Source: an uncultured cyanobacterium (GTDB taxonomy: Bacteria; Cyanobacteriota; Cyanobacteriia; CAKZMO01). Taken from it: a stretch of 64,000 nucleotides of DNA. The translations under genes and the position numbers were made by a program. Position 1 is the stretch's first letter; each line of letters opens with the position of its first letter. This document shows positions 51,137 to 62,022 of the stretch, in pieces. Under the pieces are notes generated by a model, which was given only the letters and a program-made list of their open reading frames with translations, made no database searches and was not told where the DNA came from. The DNA lies in the NCBI GenBank assembly GCA_963719515.1, contig CAVRCJ010000011.1, forward strand, positions 224,001-288,000. Reading direction: 5' to 3'.

Positions 51137-51550
51137 ATGGCTCAAATTCAGCACATCAATCCCGATCGCTTGGGCAATCCCACCCATTATGGCTTCAACA
51201 CCGTCGTCATTCCCCCTCTCGACAGCACGCTAGTTTTCATTGCGGGGCAAGGGGGACGAGACAAAGCGGGACACCTGGCAGACGACTTTGAAACTCAGCT
51301 CAAGCAGGCGTTCGCCAATTTGCGCACGGCCTTAGCTGCCGCCGGGGCCACTCCAGAGCAGGTGGTGAAAATTACGGTGCTGACGGTGGACCACAATGCT
51401 GACAAGCAGCGGCTAATCTCTGCTGAGCGCAACGCCATGTGGCCCAATGAGCTAGGCAAACCCGCCAGTACGCTAATTCCGGTGCCTCGTCTAGCAGGAG
51501 ACGGCATGCTGTTTGAGATCGATGCGATCGCCGCCATTCCAACGCCCTAA
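51137..51550 (+). CDS. RidA (YjgF) family protein
   Basis: VFIAGQ, QAFANLRTALAAAG, PASTLIPVPRLA..LFEIDAIA; ATG 51137 preferred. Confidence 0.88.
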   Translation: MAQIQHINPDRLGNPTHYGFNTVVIPPLDSTLVFIAGQGGRDKAGHLADDFETQLKQAFANLRTALAAAGATPEQVVKITVLTVDHNADKQRLISAERNAMWPNELGKPASTLIPVPRLAGDGMLFEIDAIAAIPTP

Positions 51551-51593
51551 AATTCGCCGTAAACCGTTTAATTCTTTTAGGAGTACTAAACCC

Positions 51594-52238
51594 ATGACCC
51601 CCGATCAAATTCTTCAAACCCTCCACTGGCGCTACGCTGCAAAGAAGTTTGACCCCAGCCGAATGATTCCAGACGAGGCTTGGCAGGCCCTGGAGCAAAG
51701 CCTGGTTCTCGCACCGTCCTCCTTCGGTCAGCAACCCTGGAAGTTTTTCGTTATTCGCAACCCTGACCTGCGCCAACAGCTCCAAGAGCAAGCCTTCAAT
51801 CAGACTAAAGTTACCGAGGCGTCTCACTTGGTTGTATTAGCGGCCAAAACCGACATCGGCGATCGCGACGTCGATCGCTACATCGATCGCGTCTCTGAGC
51901 TACGCCAAACCCCTAAAGACCAGTTAGAAGGGCTTGAAAACGCCGTCAAAGGATTTTTACACAACCCTCCATTCCCGCTGCAGCCCAAGTCCTGGGCGGC
52001 GCGGCAGGTCTACCTGGCTCTGGGCTTCTTTATTTACAGCGCGGCGCTGCTGGGAATCGACGCCTGCCCCATAGAGGGGTTTATGCCCGATAAATTTGAC
52101 GAGATTTTGGGATTGCCGGAGCAAGGCTACTCGGCAGTCGTGCTGTGTGCCGTAGGGTACCGGGCTGAGGATGACTCCCTAGCCGCAAAGGCTAAGGTTC
52201 GCTACGCCACTAAAACCGTAGTGCAGTATATCGACTAA
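51594..52238 (+). CDS. Nitroreductase (NfsB-like)
   Basis: WRYAAKKFD, LAPSSFG.QPWKF, IDACPIEGF; AGGAG RBS. Confidence 0.9.
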   Translation: MTPDQILQTLHWRYAAKKFDPSRMIPDEAWQALEQSLVLAPSSFGQQPWKFFVIRNPDLRQQLQEQAFNQTKVTEASHLVVLAAKTDIGDRDVDRYIDRVSELRQTPKDQLEGLENAVKGFLHNPPFPLQPKSWAARQVYLALGFFIYSAALLGIDACPIEGFMPDKFDEILGLPEQGYSAVVLCAVGYRAEDDSLAAKAKVRYATKTVVQYID

Positions 52239-52301
52239 GCGCAATACTTTGCGTTGGGCCTATGGGGCGGCGATCGCCCCAGCGCAAAATCTTCGGAATA
52301 T

Positions 52302-53138
52302 TTAGCTTGTCCCTGAAAACGCTTTTGTAGCCGGTCCCGTCATATATAAGTGGTTGTTCTCCCCCCACTCAACGTCCAAGTTCCCGCCCGGCAGCTCGAC
52401 GGTCGCGCGGCGATCGCTTTTCCCATTCAGCACCGCCGCCACCAAAGACGCGCAGGCCCCCGTGCCGCAGGCCAGGGTCGCCCCCGCACCTCTCTCCCAC
52501 ACCCGCATCTTTAAGTAGTCCCGCGCCACCACCTGGATAAACTCAGTATTGGTGCGCTGGGGAAAGGTGGAGTGGTGCTCAAACTGAGGACCGATGGCCG
52601 CTAGGTCGATAGCCTCGGCGTCATCTACAAAAGTGATGCAGTGAGGATTGCCCATGCTCACCGCCGTGACGCGCCAGGTTTGGCCGGCCACCTCTAGGGA
52701 GCAGTCCACCGCCTTCTCGTCAGGGGCCACCAGCGTCGTCGGCACGTCTTTTGCAAGCAGAATCGGCTCCCCCATGTCGACAGTCACCTGACCATCCCGG
52801 CGCAGGGTGGGCCGCATGATGCCCGCTTTAGTATCAATGCGGTAAGTTGGCTCTGCCGCCGCATCCGCCCCATCCACATCGGCGATGAAGCGGGCCAGAC
52901 AGCGGATGCCGTTGCCGCACATCTCCGGCTCGGAGCCGTCAGAGTTGAAGATACGCATGGCGTAGTCGGCGTCTTGAGCCGGCAGGGCAAAAATGACGCC
53001 GTCTGCTCCAATGCCAAAGTGGCGATCGCACCACCGAATGGCGTCCTCCGGCGTTAGGCCGGGTTCAGCCTGCTGGCGATTATCGAGCAGAATAAAGTCG
53101 TTGCCGAGACCGTGATACTTAGCGAAGGGTTGCGGCAT
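52302..53138 (-). CDS. dapF: Diaminopimelate epimerase
   Basis: [41 protein letters not shown]. Confidence 0.97.
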   Translation of the reverse strand: MPQPFAKYHGLGNDFILLDNRQQAEPGLTPEDAIRWCDRHFGIGADGVIFALPAQDADYAMRIFNSDGSEPEMCGNGIRCLARFIADVDGADAAAEPTYRIDTKAGIMRPTLRRDGQVTVDMGEPILLAKDVPTTLVAPDEKAVDCSLEVAGQTWRVTAVSMGNPHCITFVDDAEAIDLAAIGPQFEHHSTFPQRTNTEFIQVVARDYLKMRVWERGAGATLACGTGACASLVAAVLNGKSDRRATVELPGGNLDVEWGENNHLYMTGPATKAFSGTS

Positions 53139-53242
53139 GTTGTGAACCATGTAACTGTGCTCCTATTCGATGCCCCTACTGGGAGTATTCTGATACATTT
53201 GTGAGCATTAGCCGTACATGCCATCAGGCCGAAGTGTGACCT

Positions 53243-53464
53243 ATGACGACGACTCGTGAGTTCAATACTGATTTGCCCAGTGTAAGACAAATTCAAACCT
53301 TCATTCGCGAGGAGCAAGAGGTAGAGCTAAAGCTGGCCACTAACGATCTGCTGACGGGGAAGATCCGGTGGCAGGACGCCAACTGCGTTTGCCTAATGGA
53401 CCAGTACAACCAATCCACGCTGATTTGGCATCAGGCGATCGTTTTTATCAAGCCAAGGCTTTAA
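53243..53464 (+). CDS. hfq: Cyanobacterial Hfq
   Basis: F.T.LPSVRQIQ..I, KL.T.D.L.GKI.WQD, AI.FI; divergent from dapF. Confidence 0.9.
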   Translation: MTTTREFNTDLPSVRQIQTFIREEQEVELKLATNDLLTGKIRWQDANCVCLMDQYNQSTLIWHQAIVFIKPRL

Positions 53465-53965
53465 GCGCGAAGTCTATAGCTTTCAAAAGAGCTGCAAGGT
53501 TAGGAAATTGACTCTAAGTGTAGGAGCGGTGAAGCAGGACAACAAAAGATACTGCACTAAGCGGCAAAACTTAGCGAAATAGACAGTGCTCGCCGCAGGA
53601 ATAAGTACTGCTTCGTGCTTTTTTTGACCTTTTAGAGAGGCTTTTGGCGGCAAAAAAGTGAAGAGTTCTGCTTAAAAAGCAGCATAGGTCTGCTGTCTCT
53701 AATGCTTGAGGCTAGAGGGTTTTTCCCAAAGACTGAAAGTTTATCGTGACTTTGCAGTTTAAGCTCTCCATATTTATGCGGAGTTCATTGATTACCTTGG
53801 GGTATGGATTAGATTAGATGTATAGAAGGCTACGGACTCAAGACATTATCTGTGGCCTTCTCCACTCTCGGATTGGTTGAGTTATTGCCGACCAACAAAC
53901 CGAATCCAGGGATGCATCTTTAACAGTCTTGACACCCAAAGAACAGTCAATTCCCCGGAACATAA

Positions 53966-54148
53966 ATGAACACCTTTTCGACTCCTCGCTCGCACCGCCG
54001 CAGCTTTGTTCAACTGACCTCATGGTTCGGCCTTGCCGCAGCGCTCGTTATCATTGCCGACTATCAGCCGCCTGAGCAGCAGCTGCCCCCGAACGATTAC
54101 CCGCCGACGACGGCTATGGGCCAGCCGGTTGATCTGACGCTAAGCTGA
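53966..54148 (+). CDS. Small hypothetical membrane/secreted protein
   Basis: 60-aa ORF with a basic N-terminus, one hydrophobic helix and a Pro-rich tail. Confidence 0.45.
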   Translation: MNTFSTPRSHRRSFVQLTSWFGLAAALVIIADYQPPEQQLPPNDYPPTTAMGQPVDLTLS

Positions 54149-54352
54149 GCGCCACACCCAAACATAAATAGGGGCCACCTGTCTACATCAAAATTAGAGC
54201 AGCGCGATCGCCAAGCACAAGAACCAAGCAACGACGAGACTAGCTAACGACACATCTGTGCGAGGCCGCGAGAAACAAAACCCTTATTCCGCAGGCATTG
54301 AGCCGAGAGACGAGCTGATGCCCTTCTACCACCCAAACTTCTAACACTCAAA

Positions 54353-56281
54353 TTACGAAAGATTGTGAATCGTAATAGGCTCTACCGCATCAGCCAGATC
54401 AAATCCGAACACTTTGGCATAAAAGTAGAGTTCCACATCCAGTGCCCGCTTAATATTCTCTGCCTTGCGAAATCCGTGCTGTTCGCCTTGAAATAAGACG
54501 TAGGCCACCGGCAGCCCCTTTTCTTTTAGGGCATCTACCATGACTTCTGCCTGATTTGGGGGGACAATCTTGTCTTCGTCCCCCTGCAGAAAAATGACTG
54601 GACAAGCCAGCTGATCTGTAAAGTGGATGGGCGATCGCTCTACATAGCGCGCCCTTTCCGCAGGGTAAGGGCCAATCAAGCTATCTAAATAGCGAGACTC
54701 AAACTTGTGAGTGTCTTTCGCTAGCGCTTCAGCATCGCTGACGCCATAGAAACTAGCGCCTGCCTTGAAAGTATTGCGAAAGGTGAGGGCCGCGAGGGTG
54801 GTATAGCCGCCCGCGCTGCCGCCATCAATCAGGAGACGATCGCCGTCAGCTTTGCCTTTATCCACCAGATACTGCGCCCCATTGACGCAGTCGTCCACAT
54901 CCACGATGCCCCAGCTGCCTTTGAGCCGCTCGCGGTACTCCCGGCCGTAGCCCGTACTGCCGCCGTAGTTCACGTCCAAAATCGCAATTCCCCGACTTGT
55001 CCAATACTGAATGCGTGGATCTAGCGCCGTAGACGTCGCGGCGGTAGGCCCCCCGTGAATCTTGACCAGCAGCGGCGGTAGTTCGTTCTCCGCCGCGACA
55101 AAATCCTGGTTTTTGGGGGCGTAGTAAAAGCCGTAGGCGGTTTTCCCTGCCGTTGTCGGAAACTCAACTGTCTCCGGTTCCGAAAGGTATCCGGGATCTA
55201 GCTCGATTTGGCTGGATCGCCTCAGTTCGTGAGTTTCCCCAGTCTCTAAGTCGAGCCTCACCGCCGCGCTAACGCGGGTTGAAGCCGTGCCAATAAAGGC
55301 CGCGCCCTCAGCATTCACCTGCAGTCCCCCCAGGCCGCTGTAGGGCACCTCAATCGGTTTAAGCGTCTGAGCGCTGGGGGTTAGCTCGGCAAACTGCTGC
55401 TTGCCGTCCTCAATGTAGGTACAAAGCAGGCTGTCAGCCGATCGAAAGCCGTAGGTCGACATGCGGAACACCCAGTGGGGCACCCCAAACTCAGCCGCGC
55501 GAGGGCAAATAGCGTCAATGGACCCATCTCCTGGGTTCCAGCGGTAGAGGTTCCACCAGTTGGTGCGATCGCTCACAAAGTAAAGCCGTCCATCGGGCGA
55601 CCACTGAGGCTGGACCACGGCTTCGCTGCGGCTACCGGCAACACGCTTGGCGGATCCTAGTGCCCCCGTCTCATCAATAGAAACAACCCACAGCTCCGTA
55701 CCGTCCCAGGGCATATCGGGATGATTCCAGCTGATCCAGCTGAGCTGAGTGCCGTCGGGGCTGAGGCGGGGAGAAGAGTAGAAGTCGCTGCCGACCACCA
55801 GCACCTGCTCCACTCCGTCCGACAGCGCAATGCCAACGAGAGTATTGACGGCTTCTCCGTCACCGCTGTGGTCCTCACGGACGCAGATCAGCCGCTGGCG
55901 AGCGGGGTCAAGCACCGCGTCGGCATACCGACAGCCGGTGTTGTCGGCGGTTAAAGGCGTAGGAGCGTCGCCAACAACCTGCCGGTAGAGCCGCTGGTCA
56001 GCATAGTTGGAGAAGTAGACAGTGCCCTGCTCAACGATGTAAGCGCCGCCGCCGTACTCATGCACCCGCGTGCGGACGTTGAATTCTGGCGGGGTAACGT
56101 CAAGAGGGCCGCTGGGCGATTGCCGGACGACCACGTAGCGTCCTCCTTCAGAAGGACGCCCCTCCAGCCAATACAGGTCGCTGCCGTCTAGCCGCACCTC
56201 CCCTAGTCGTATCGTGTTAGCCACAATCAGATCAGAGGTGATGGGAGATTTCCAAGACCCGTAGGGTGCAGTAGTCGCCAT
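54353..56281 (-). CDS. S9 family peptidase (dipeptidyl/acylaminoacyl peptidase)
   Basis: APYGSWKSPI, HGGPT, GGSAGG, QGDED, EQHGFR. Confidence 0.93.
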   Translation of the reverse strand: MATTAPYGSWKSPITSDLIVANTIRLGEVRLDGSDLYWLEGRPSEGGRYVVVRQSPSGPLDVTPPEFNVRTRVHEYGGGAYIVEQGTVYFSNYADQRLYRQVVGDAPTPLTADNTGCRYADAVLDPARQRLICVREDHSGDGEAVNTLVGIALSDGVEQVLVVGSDFYSSPRLSPDGTQLSWISWNHPDMPWDGTELWVVSIDETGALGSAKRVAGSRSEAVVQPQWSPDGRLYFVSDRTNWWNLYRWNPGDGSIDAICPRAAEFGVPHWVFRMSTYGFRSADSLLCTYIEDGKQQFAELTPSAQTLKPIEVPYSGLGGLQVNAEGAAFIGTASTRVSAAVRLDLETGETHELRRSSQIELDPGYLSEPETVEFPTTAGKTAYGFYYAPKNQDFVAAENELPPLLVKIHGGPTAATSTALDPRIQYWTSRGIAILDVNYGGSTGYGREYRERLKGSWGIVDVDDCVNGAQYLVDKGKADGDRLLIDGGSAGGYTTLAALTFRNTFKAGASFYGVSDAEALAKDTHKFESRYLDSLIGPYPAERARYVERSPIHFTDQLACPVIFLQGDEDKIVPPNQAEVMVDALKEKGLPVAYVLFQGEQHGFRKAENIKRALDVELYFYAKVFGFDLADAVEPITIHNLS

Positions 56282-56541
56282 AGAAGTAAGCCGGGGTTAG
56301 AGGGGATGAGATTGACGCGCACGTCACGCCTATTGTAATTTTTCCGGATAGGCCATGACCTAGGCGAAGACTGTAATGGTAGATGCACCCTGATTCGGCC
56401 CTGAATGGATTTTCCGTTCAGGGCCTTTTCTGTGTCTTTTACCAGGTCCCATCTCGATTGCGGGCGATTCAGCTTTTCACGAACAAGGGGAACAGCACGC
56501 TGCTCCCCTACAAATTTCACGCCCTATATTCGAAGCGTCAC

Positions 56542-57756
56542 CTAATGCTGGTGGTCTTGGTGAGAGTGGTCATGGCTGTGTCCATGATCGTGGCCGTGAC
56601 TATGCCCATGATCGTGACCGCCATTGTGGTCGTGGCTGTGGCTACGGTGCTGCTGCGCCTGGTGCGCCGCCAGCGCCCGGTTTACAGACATCGACTGCTC
56701 AGAGAGTAGCTCCTCAATGTGGCGATCGGCCCAGGACGCCGCCATGCGCATGAACTCGGGGTGGTCGTTGGCGCAGTCCATCTGAACGTAGGTCACTTCA
56801 GGATGCTGCTTACGCAGGTTCTCGATGATGTGCTCTACGTCCAGCAGGGTCTCGTGGTTCTCGGTGGCAAAACCGATGGGCATGAACACCAGCGACGTGG
56901 CTCCAAGATCAATCAGGTTACGAGCCGCCAGATCGGCGTTCGGCTGGGTCCATTTGATCATCGGAGTCTGGTGGTTAAGCCAGCCCACCGACACCAGCGG
57001 ATACTTGTAAATCAGCTCTTGCCGCACGCTCTCGTATAGGGCCTGACTTTCATCAATCCCAGAGGTAAAGCCCTTAGCTTCGTGGGGACAGCCATGGTTC
57101 ATCAGCACGATGCCGGTCTGGGAGGGCAGATGCGCTACGGCCAAGTCGCGGTGAATTTTCTCCTCTACCATGCGGGCCATCAGCGAGATGTAGGCCGGCT
57201 CGTTGTAGAAAGAAGGAATGTAGCGCGTCCCTTTGAGCCAGTGCTCTGGCCCATCGGCGAGGCTGGCCAAGGCGCTGTTCACCTGTTCCACTGCGATGCC
57301 GCTGGTAAAGATGGAGTCGACCACCAGCAGCGGGTAGATCAGCAGCTTGTCAAAGCCCTGGTCACGGATCGTCTCTAGCACCTGATCGGGGAGGTGAGGG
57401 GCGCAGAAGTTGAAGGCCTTGAACACAGAAACGCGATCGCCCCAGTTCTGCTTAAGCTCCTGCTCAATGCCGGCCCGCTGGCGCTCAAAAATAGCGTTGT
57501 GGGGAGAAATGAAGTTGCCGTGCTGGTGGCTCCACTCGTGCAGGTCGAACATCGCCAGCAGCTTAGCCAGAGGAGGGTAAATCCAGGTGGGAACCGGAGC
57601 AAACTTAGCCGTCAGCAGATTGAGAGCCTGCTCGTTGTAGTTTGCGAAGTCTTCGTAGCTCTCGACTTCGCCATAGCCCATTAGCAAAACCGCAACACGA
57701 TCCTGTGCGCTGTTGTCGGGGGCCATTGATTGTGGAGACTCGGGAGAAACAACCAC
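56542..57756 (-). CDS. Ferrochelatase-family chelatase with His-rich C-terminal tail (no CAB domain)
   Basis: AVLLMGYGE, LMNHGCP, WTQP, FATENHETL; tail HSHDHNGGHDHGHSHGHDHGHSHDHSHQDHQH; GTG 57756 start inferred. Confidence 0.8.
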   Translation of the reverse strand: MVVSPESPQSMAPDNSAQDRVAVLLMGYGEVESYEDFANYNEQALNLLTAKFAPVPTWIYPPLAKLLAMFDLHEWSHQHGNFISPHNAIFERQRAGIEQELKQNWGDRVSVFKAFNFCAPHLPDQVLETIRDQGFDKLLIYPLLVVDSIFTSGIAVEQVNSALASLADGPEHWLKGTRYIPSFYNEPAYISLMARMVEEKIHRDLAVAHLPSQTGIVLMNHGCPHEAKGFTSGIDESQALYESVRQELIYKYPLVSVGWLNHQTPMIKWTQPNADLAARNLIDLGATSLVFMPIGFATENHETLLDVEHIIENLRKQHPEVTYVQMDCANDHPEFMRMAASWADRHIEELLSEQSMSVNRALAAHQAQQHRSHSHDHNGGHDHGHSHGHDHGHSHDHSHQDHQH

Positions 57757-57883
57757 GCGTGAACCTCTTGGCAAATTTTCCCTCGTAGTCTAACATCCCC
57801 CCTCAGGGGACATGGCAGAACGTGACGCTTCATCACGGGACTGTATAATTTCTTGACGTGGAATGACAGGCCAGCGGCCAGGT

Positions 57884-58771
57884 TCAGCCGATGACGTGAT
57901 AACCATTAAGAGATTCAGCTGAATCTGACGCCTCAGCTGGGTATAGGGTCGCCGTTAAATACTGCTGCTTGACCCGCAGCAGTTTGCGGGCTGCCGCCAT
58001 CAAATCATCCTGAATAAACGTAGGCTGAAAGCGCGCCAGGTAAGCCCGACTGCGAATGCCACAGGTGAGGGCGACGGTGGAAATTTCTAGTCTGCGCCCC
58101 GCCAGGATGTCGGCCTCGGTGTCGCCAATCATCCAGGCGTGGTTGGGAGGACCGTAAATTTGGCAATACTCGCTCCAGCATCGCTTGAGTAAATCGGTTT
58201 TGTAGTCGGCGCTGTTGATGTAGGCGGCTCGCTTCTCCGGAGTTCCCAAAACCCGTTTGAACAGATGGGCAAGTCCATGCTCCTCAAGCAAGGACACGAC
58301 CTGTTCCTGATAGCGCAGCGTCACTAGCATCAAGTAGACATCCCGCTCATATAGCAGCGTCAACCCTTTTTTGGCGCTGGGGTGGAGGCAGTCGTGGTGC
58401 AGCAGGTCGGGGTGGTTAACGGTTTCCTCGACAAGCTGAAAAAACTGATCCATCTGGTGGGGCCTGACACCAGATTGCTGAGCAATATCCTTGTCGGGAA
58501 TGCGGTGCTGTTTGAGATACCAAAATCTAGCCTTGGTCAGCGGCTTCGTTGAGGGTTTATCAAGGCTCTCTAATGCACGACGATAGGTACTGTAGTAGCG
58601 ATCGGATACGTCAATAATGGGCCCATCAAAATCGCAAAAAACGGCAAACTTAGGGCATGGGGTGGGGATCACATTGAGCGCTCTTGAACGGTGAGTAGCA
58701 GGAGGCGACCAGGCCTGAATAATTGGGCGTGGCGCTCTCGCTGAGCAACATACCCTAACCAATACTGGCAT
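57884..58771 (-). CDS. HAD family hydrolase
   Basis: FCDFDGPIIDVS; MIGDTEADI; true start probably downstream of 58771. Confidence 0.85.
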   Translation of the reverse strand: MPVLVRVCCSARAPRPIIQAWSPPATHRSRALNVIPTPCPKFAVFCDFDGPIIDVSDRYYSTYRRALESLDKPSTKPLTKARFWYLKQHRIPDKDIAQQSGVRPHQMDQFFQLVEETVNHPDLLHHDCLHPSAKKGLTLLYERDVYLMLVTLRYQEQVVSLLEEHGLAHLFKRVLGTPEKRAAYINSADYKTDLLKRCWSEYCQIYGPPNHAWMIGDTEADILAGRRLEISTVALTCGIRSRAYLARFQPTFIQDDLMAAARKLLRVKQQYLTATLYPAEASDSAESLNGYHVIG

Positions 58772-58973
58772 AAACTTACAGCGGCGGCTCTTGCGATCGC
58801 GCTAGCTACACCATGTCTTAATTTTTAGGGCATGGGGAAGGGCTGTGGCGCTAGGGAGATGACGCGATGGAAGACGACTGGCATTTTCCCCACAGGTTAC
58901 CCTAGAGTTAGCTCATTTTATTATCAGATCGACCGCGTTCAGGTTTGTTTAGTCGTTAGCTGAGGATGTTGTT

Positions 58974-60068
58974 ATGGTGGCTGCCCCCTCCAAATCCCAA
59001 GGGTCCATTCAGTCCATTGAGTCCTACTTGGGCAAAGAAGCCGAAAGCCTGCTGACCCATCAGGCCAAAGTCTCTAAAGATTTGCTGCATCTACCCGGTT
59101 CCGACTGGATTGAGCGCATCTTTTTGCAGAGCGATCGCAGTCCGCAGGTGCTGCGCAGCCTACAGCAGCTCTATAGCGCCGGGCGGCTGGCCAACACGGG
59201 CTACCTGTCTATTCTACCGGTGGACCAGGGCATCGAGCATTCAGCCGCCGCGTCGTTTGCCCCCAACCCGATGTACTTCGACAGCGAAAACATCGTCAAG
59301 CTGGCGCTCGAGGGGGGCTGCAACGCTGTAGCGACGACTTTAGGGGTGCTGGGCACCGTCTCTCGCCGCTACGCCCACCGCATTCCCTTCATCGTCAAGC
59401 TCAACCACAGCGAGCTGCTCACCTTCCCGAACGAAAACAACCAAATTTTCTTCGGTTCGGTTGAGCAGGCCTGGAACTTAGGGGCCGTGGCCATTGGAGC
59501 GACCATCTACTTCGGCTCTTCCGAGTCGAATCGTCAAATCCAAGAGGTCAGCCGCGCCTTTGCCCGCGCCCACGAGCTGGGAATGGCGACGATTTTGTGG
59601 TGCTACCTGCGCAACGACGCCTTTAAGCAGGACAAAGACTACCACCTGTCGGCTGACCTGACGGGTCAGGCCAACCATTTAGGGGTCACTATCGGGGCGG
59701 ACATCATTAAGCAAAAGCTGCCCATGAACAACGGCGGCTATCAGGCGGTGGCACAAGCCACAGGGCAAAAGTATGGCCGTACGGATGAGCGGGTGTACAG
59801 CGAGCTGTCAAGCGATCACCCTATTGATTTGACCCGCTACCAGGTTCTCAACTGCTACGCAGGCCGAGCTGGGCTAATCAACTCAGGGGGGTCATCGGGG
59901 GAGAGTGACTTTGCCGAAGCGGTGCGCACCGCCGTCATCAACAAGCGGGCGGGGGGCTGCGGCCTGATCTCGGGGCGGAAAACGTTCCAGCGTCCCTTTG
60001 AGGAAGGCGTCAAGCTATTCCACGCCATCCAAGACGTCTATCTCTCATCCGATGTAACGATTGCCTGA
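58974..60068 (+). CDS. fbaB: Class I fructose-bisphosphate aldolase
   Basis: [36 protein letters not shown]. Confidence 0.95.
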   Translation: MVAAPSKSQGSIQSIESYLGKEAESLLTHQAKVSKDLLHLPGSDWIERIFLQSDRSPQVLRSLQQLYSAGRLANTGYLSILPVDQGIEHSAAASFAPNPMYFDSENIVKLALEGGCNAVATTLGVLGTVSRRYAHRIPFIVKLNHSELLTFPNENNQIFFGSVEQAWNLGAVAIGATIYFGSSESNRQIQEVSRAFARAHELGMATILWCYLRNDAFKQDKDYHLSADLTGQANHLGVTIGADIIKQKLPMNNGGYQAVAQATGQKYGRTDERVYSELSSDHPIDLTRYQVLNCYAGRAGLINSGGSSGESDFAEAVRTAVINKRAGGCGLISGRKTFQRPFEEGVKLFHAIQDVYLSSDVTIA

Positions 60069-60245
60069 CATTTATTGTTCCAGTTCAGTCGCTGAAGTAC
60101 CCTAGTTTGGACGTGATTTAAATATCATTTAAATAGGCTGCAGCACAGCGCAATGGCGTTACCTAAATCCCACGGTATCGGCCTGGAGCTGTGCTGCAGT
60201 GCCTTTCTAGGGCGGCGATAACGATTTAGGAGCAGGGTAATCGAC

Positions 60246-61409
60246 ATGATGTTGGCAGCACGACTGGAGCAAGTTCAACCCTCATTGACGCTGGCAATCA
60301 CGGCTAGGGCGAATGCCATGAAGGCTGAGGGTAAAGACATCTGCAGTTTTACCGCTGGAGAGCCCGATTTTGATACCCCTGCTCACGTGCGTCAGGCCGC
60401 CAAGCAAGCCCTCGACGACGGCAAGACACGCTATGGCGCGGTGGCTGGGGAGCTAGGTCTACGGCAGGCGATCGCCCGCAAGCTACAGCGCGACAACGGG
60501 TTGAACTACTCCCTCGACAATATTGCCGTCACCAACGGCGGGAAGCAGTCGCTCTACAACTTGATAATGGCGACCATCGAGCCTGGGGACGAGGTGATTA
60601 TTCCTAGCCCCTACTGGGTGAGCTATCCCGAGATGGTGAAGCTTGCCGGCGGGACACCGGTCATCGTGCCCACCACTGAAGAGACAGGGTTTCGGATCAC
60701 CCCAGCCCAGCTGCGCCAGGCGATTACACCCAAGACCAAGCTGTTTGTTCTCAACTCGCCGTCCAACCCCACCGGTATGGTCTACCCCCCGGACCACATT
60801 CGTCAGCTGGCTGAGGTGGTGCTAGAGTCCAACGCTTGGGTTGTGTCGGACGAAATCTACGAGAAGATTCTCTACGATGGGGCGCAGCATCTGAGCATTG
60901 CCGCCGCCCATCCGCAGATGCGCGATCGCGCTATCATCAGCAACGGCTTTGCGAAAGCCTACGCCATGACCGGCTGGCGCATCGGCTATCTGGTGGCCCC
61001 CCCGTCTATCATCAAGGCCGCGACCACCCTTCAAGGGCACAGCACCTCCAACGTCTGCACCTTTGCCCAGTACGGGGCGATCGCGGCTTTAGAAGAGTCT
61101 CAAGACTGCGTAGAGGAGATGAGAGCAGCCTTTGCCGAGCGGCGACGGGTAATGCTCGAGGGCATAAACGCCATGCCCGGACTCACCTGCCTTGAGCCTA
61201 ACGGCGCATTTTACCTGTTTCCAAGTATCCAGGAGACCGGCCTCTCCTCTCTGGAGTTCTGTACAAAGCTCTTAGACTCATACCACGTCGCCGGAATTCC
61301 CGGCATTGCTTTCGGGGCTGACAGCTATATTCGCTTATCCTACGCCACCGGCCTCAGCGAAATTCACAAAGGATTAGAGCGGCTGTCGACCTTCGTTCAA
61401 ACCCTGTAG
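60246..61409 (+). CDS. aspC: PLP-dependent class I aminotransferase (aspartate aminotransferase)
   Basis: [37 protein letters not shown]. Confidence 0.9.
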   Translation: MMLAARLEQVQPSLTLAITARANAMKAEGKDICSFTAGEPDFDTPAHVRQAAKQALDDGKTRYGAVAGELGLRQAIARKLQRDNGLNYSLDNIAVTNGGKQSLYNLIMATIEPGDEVIIPSPYWVSYPEMVKLAGGTPVIVPTTEETGFRITPAQLRQAITPKTKLFVLNSPSNPTGMVYPPDHIRQLAEVVLESNAWVVSDEIYEKILYDGAQHLSIAAAHPQMRDRAIISNGFAKAYAMTGWRIGYLVAPPSIIKAATTLQGHSTSNVCTFAQYGAIAALEESQDCVEEMRAAFAERRRVMLEGINAMPGLTCLEPNGAFYLFPSIQETGLSSLEFCTKLLDSYHVAGIPGIAFGADSYIRLSYATGLSEIHKGLERLSTFVQTL

Positions 61410-61502
61410 ACAATTTCCGCTTCCTCAAAAACTGTCACTAAACTTCCGCCAGAGTGGTGGGGGTTCCCTACTATAAGAGACCCGTTTACAGCGCTTAGAA
61501 CA

Positions 61503-61919
61503 ATGATGATTAGACTCTGTGCCCTCGCTGCTAGCACCCTCATACTGCTGCCGCTGCCTGCTTGGGCTCAAACCGAAACAGAAGCGGGTAAGACCCAGTT
61601 TGAGCTCTTCGAAGAAATTTCGTTTTCTGACCCCAACGTGGTCTCTCAGGGCGTCTTAGCGGACATCGAGAGCGATCCTAACTTCGTCGGGGACTTTCAG
61701 GTTATTTTTGACAGGGCGTTCAATATTCTAGAGGGCTACACCCTGGTGCAGCGAGGGGGATATTTCCCGGAGAATGCAGGTATTTCTCGGGAGCAGCAGC
61801 TGACCGCGACTCAGGCAATCTACCACGTATTTGAGCTAGAGAACGGCAACCGACTGACGCTGTACCGCTCGCCGACCGAAGATACCTCACGCTATTTTAT
61901 TCAGGAACTGCCTGAGTAG
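61503..61919 (+). CDS. Hypothetical secreted protein
   Basis: Signal peptide ending AWA-Q; acidic mature part. Confidence 0.6.
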   Translation: MMIRLCALAASTLILLPLPAWAQTETEAGKTQFELFEEISFSDPNVVSQGVLADIESDPNFVGDFQVIFDRAFNILEGYTLVQRGGYFPENAGISREQQLTATQAIYHVFELENGNRLTLYRSPTEDTSRYFIQELPE

Positions 61920-62022
61920 AAGCGGCTCTAAAGGGCCTCAAGCCTAAATCGCCCCAAACCTAGGGCAGCCAGTCCAACGCCGAAATAGTGGCAGAATAGC
62001 GGAGGTCGTTTCGGTCATTCCC

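Noticed and set aside
53560..53600. c-di-GMP-I riboswitch (GGCAAA...GAAA)
   Set aside because: No paired GNRA stem or GACGCAAAG continuation
19538..60068. Class I and class II aldolases in one window as a functional cluster
   Set aside because: They are 38 kb apart, and many cyanobacteria have both
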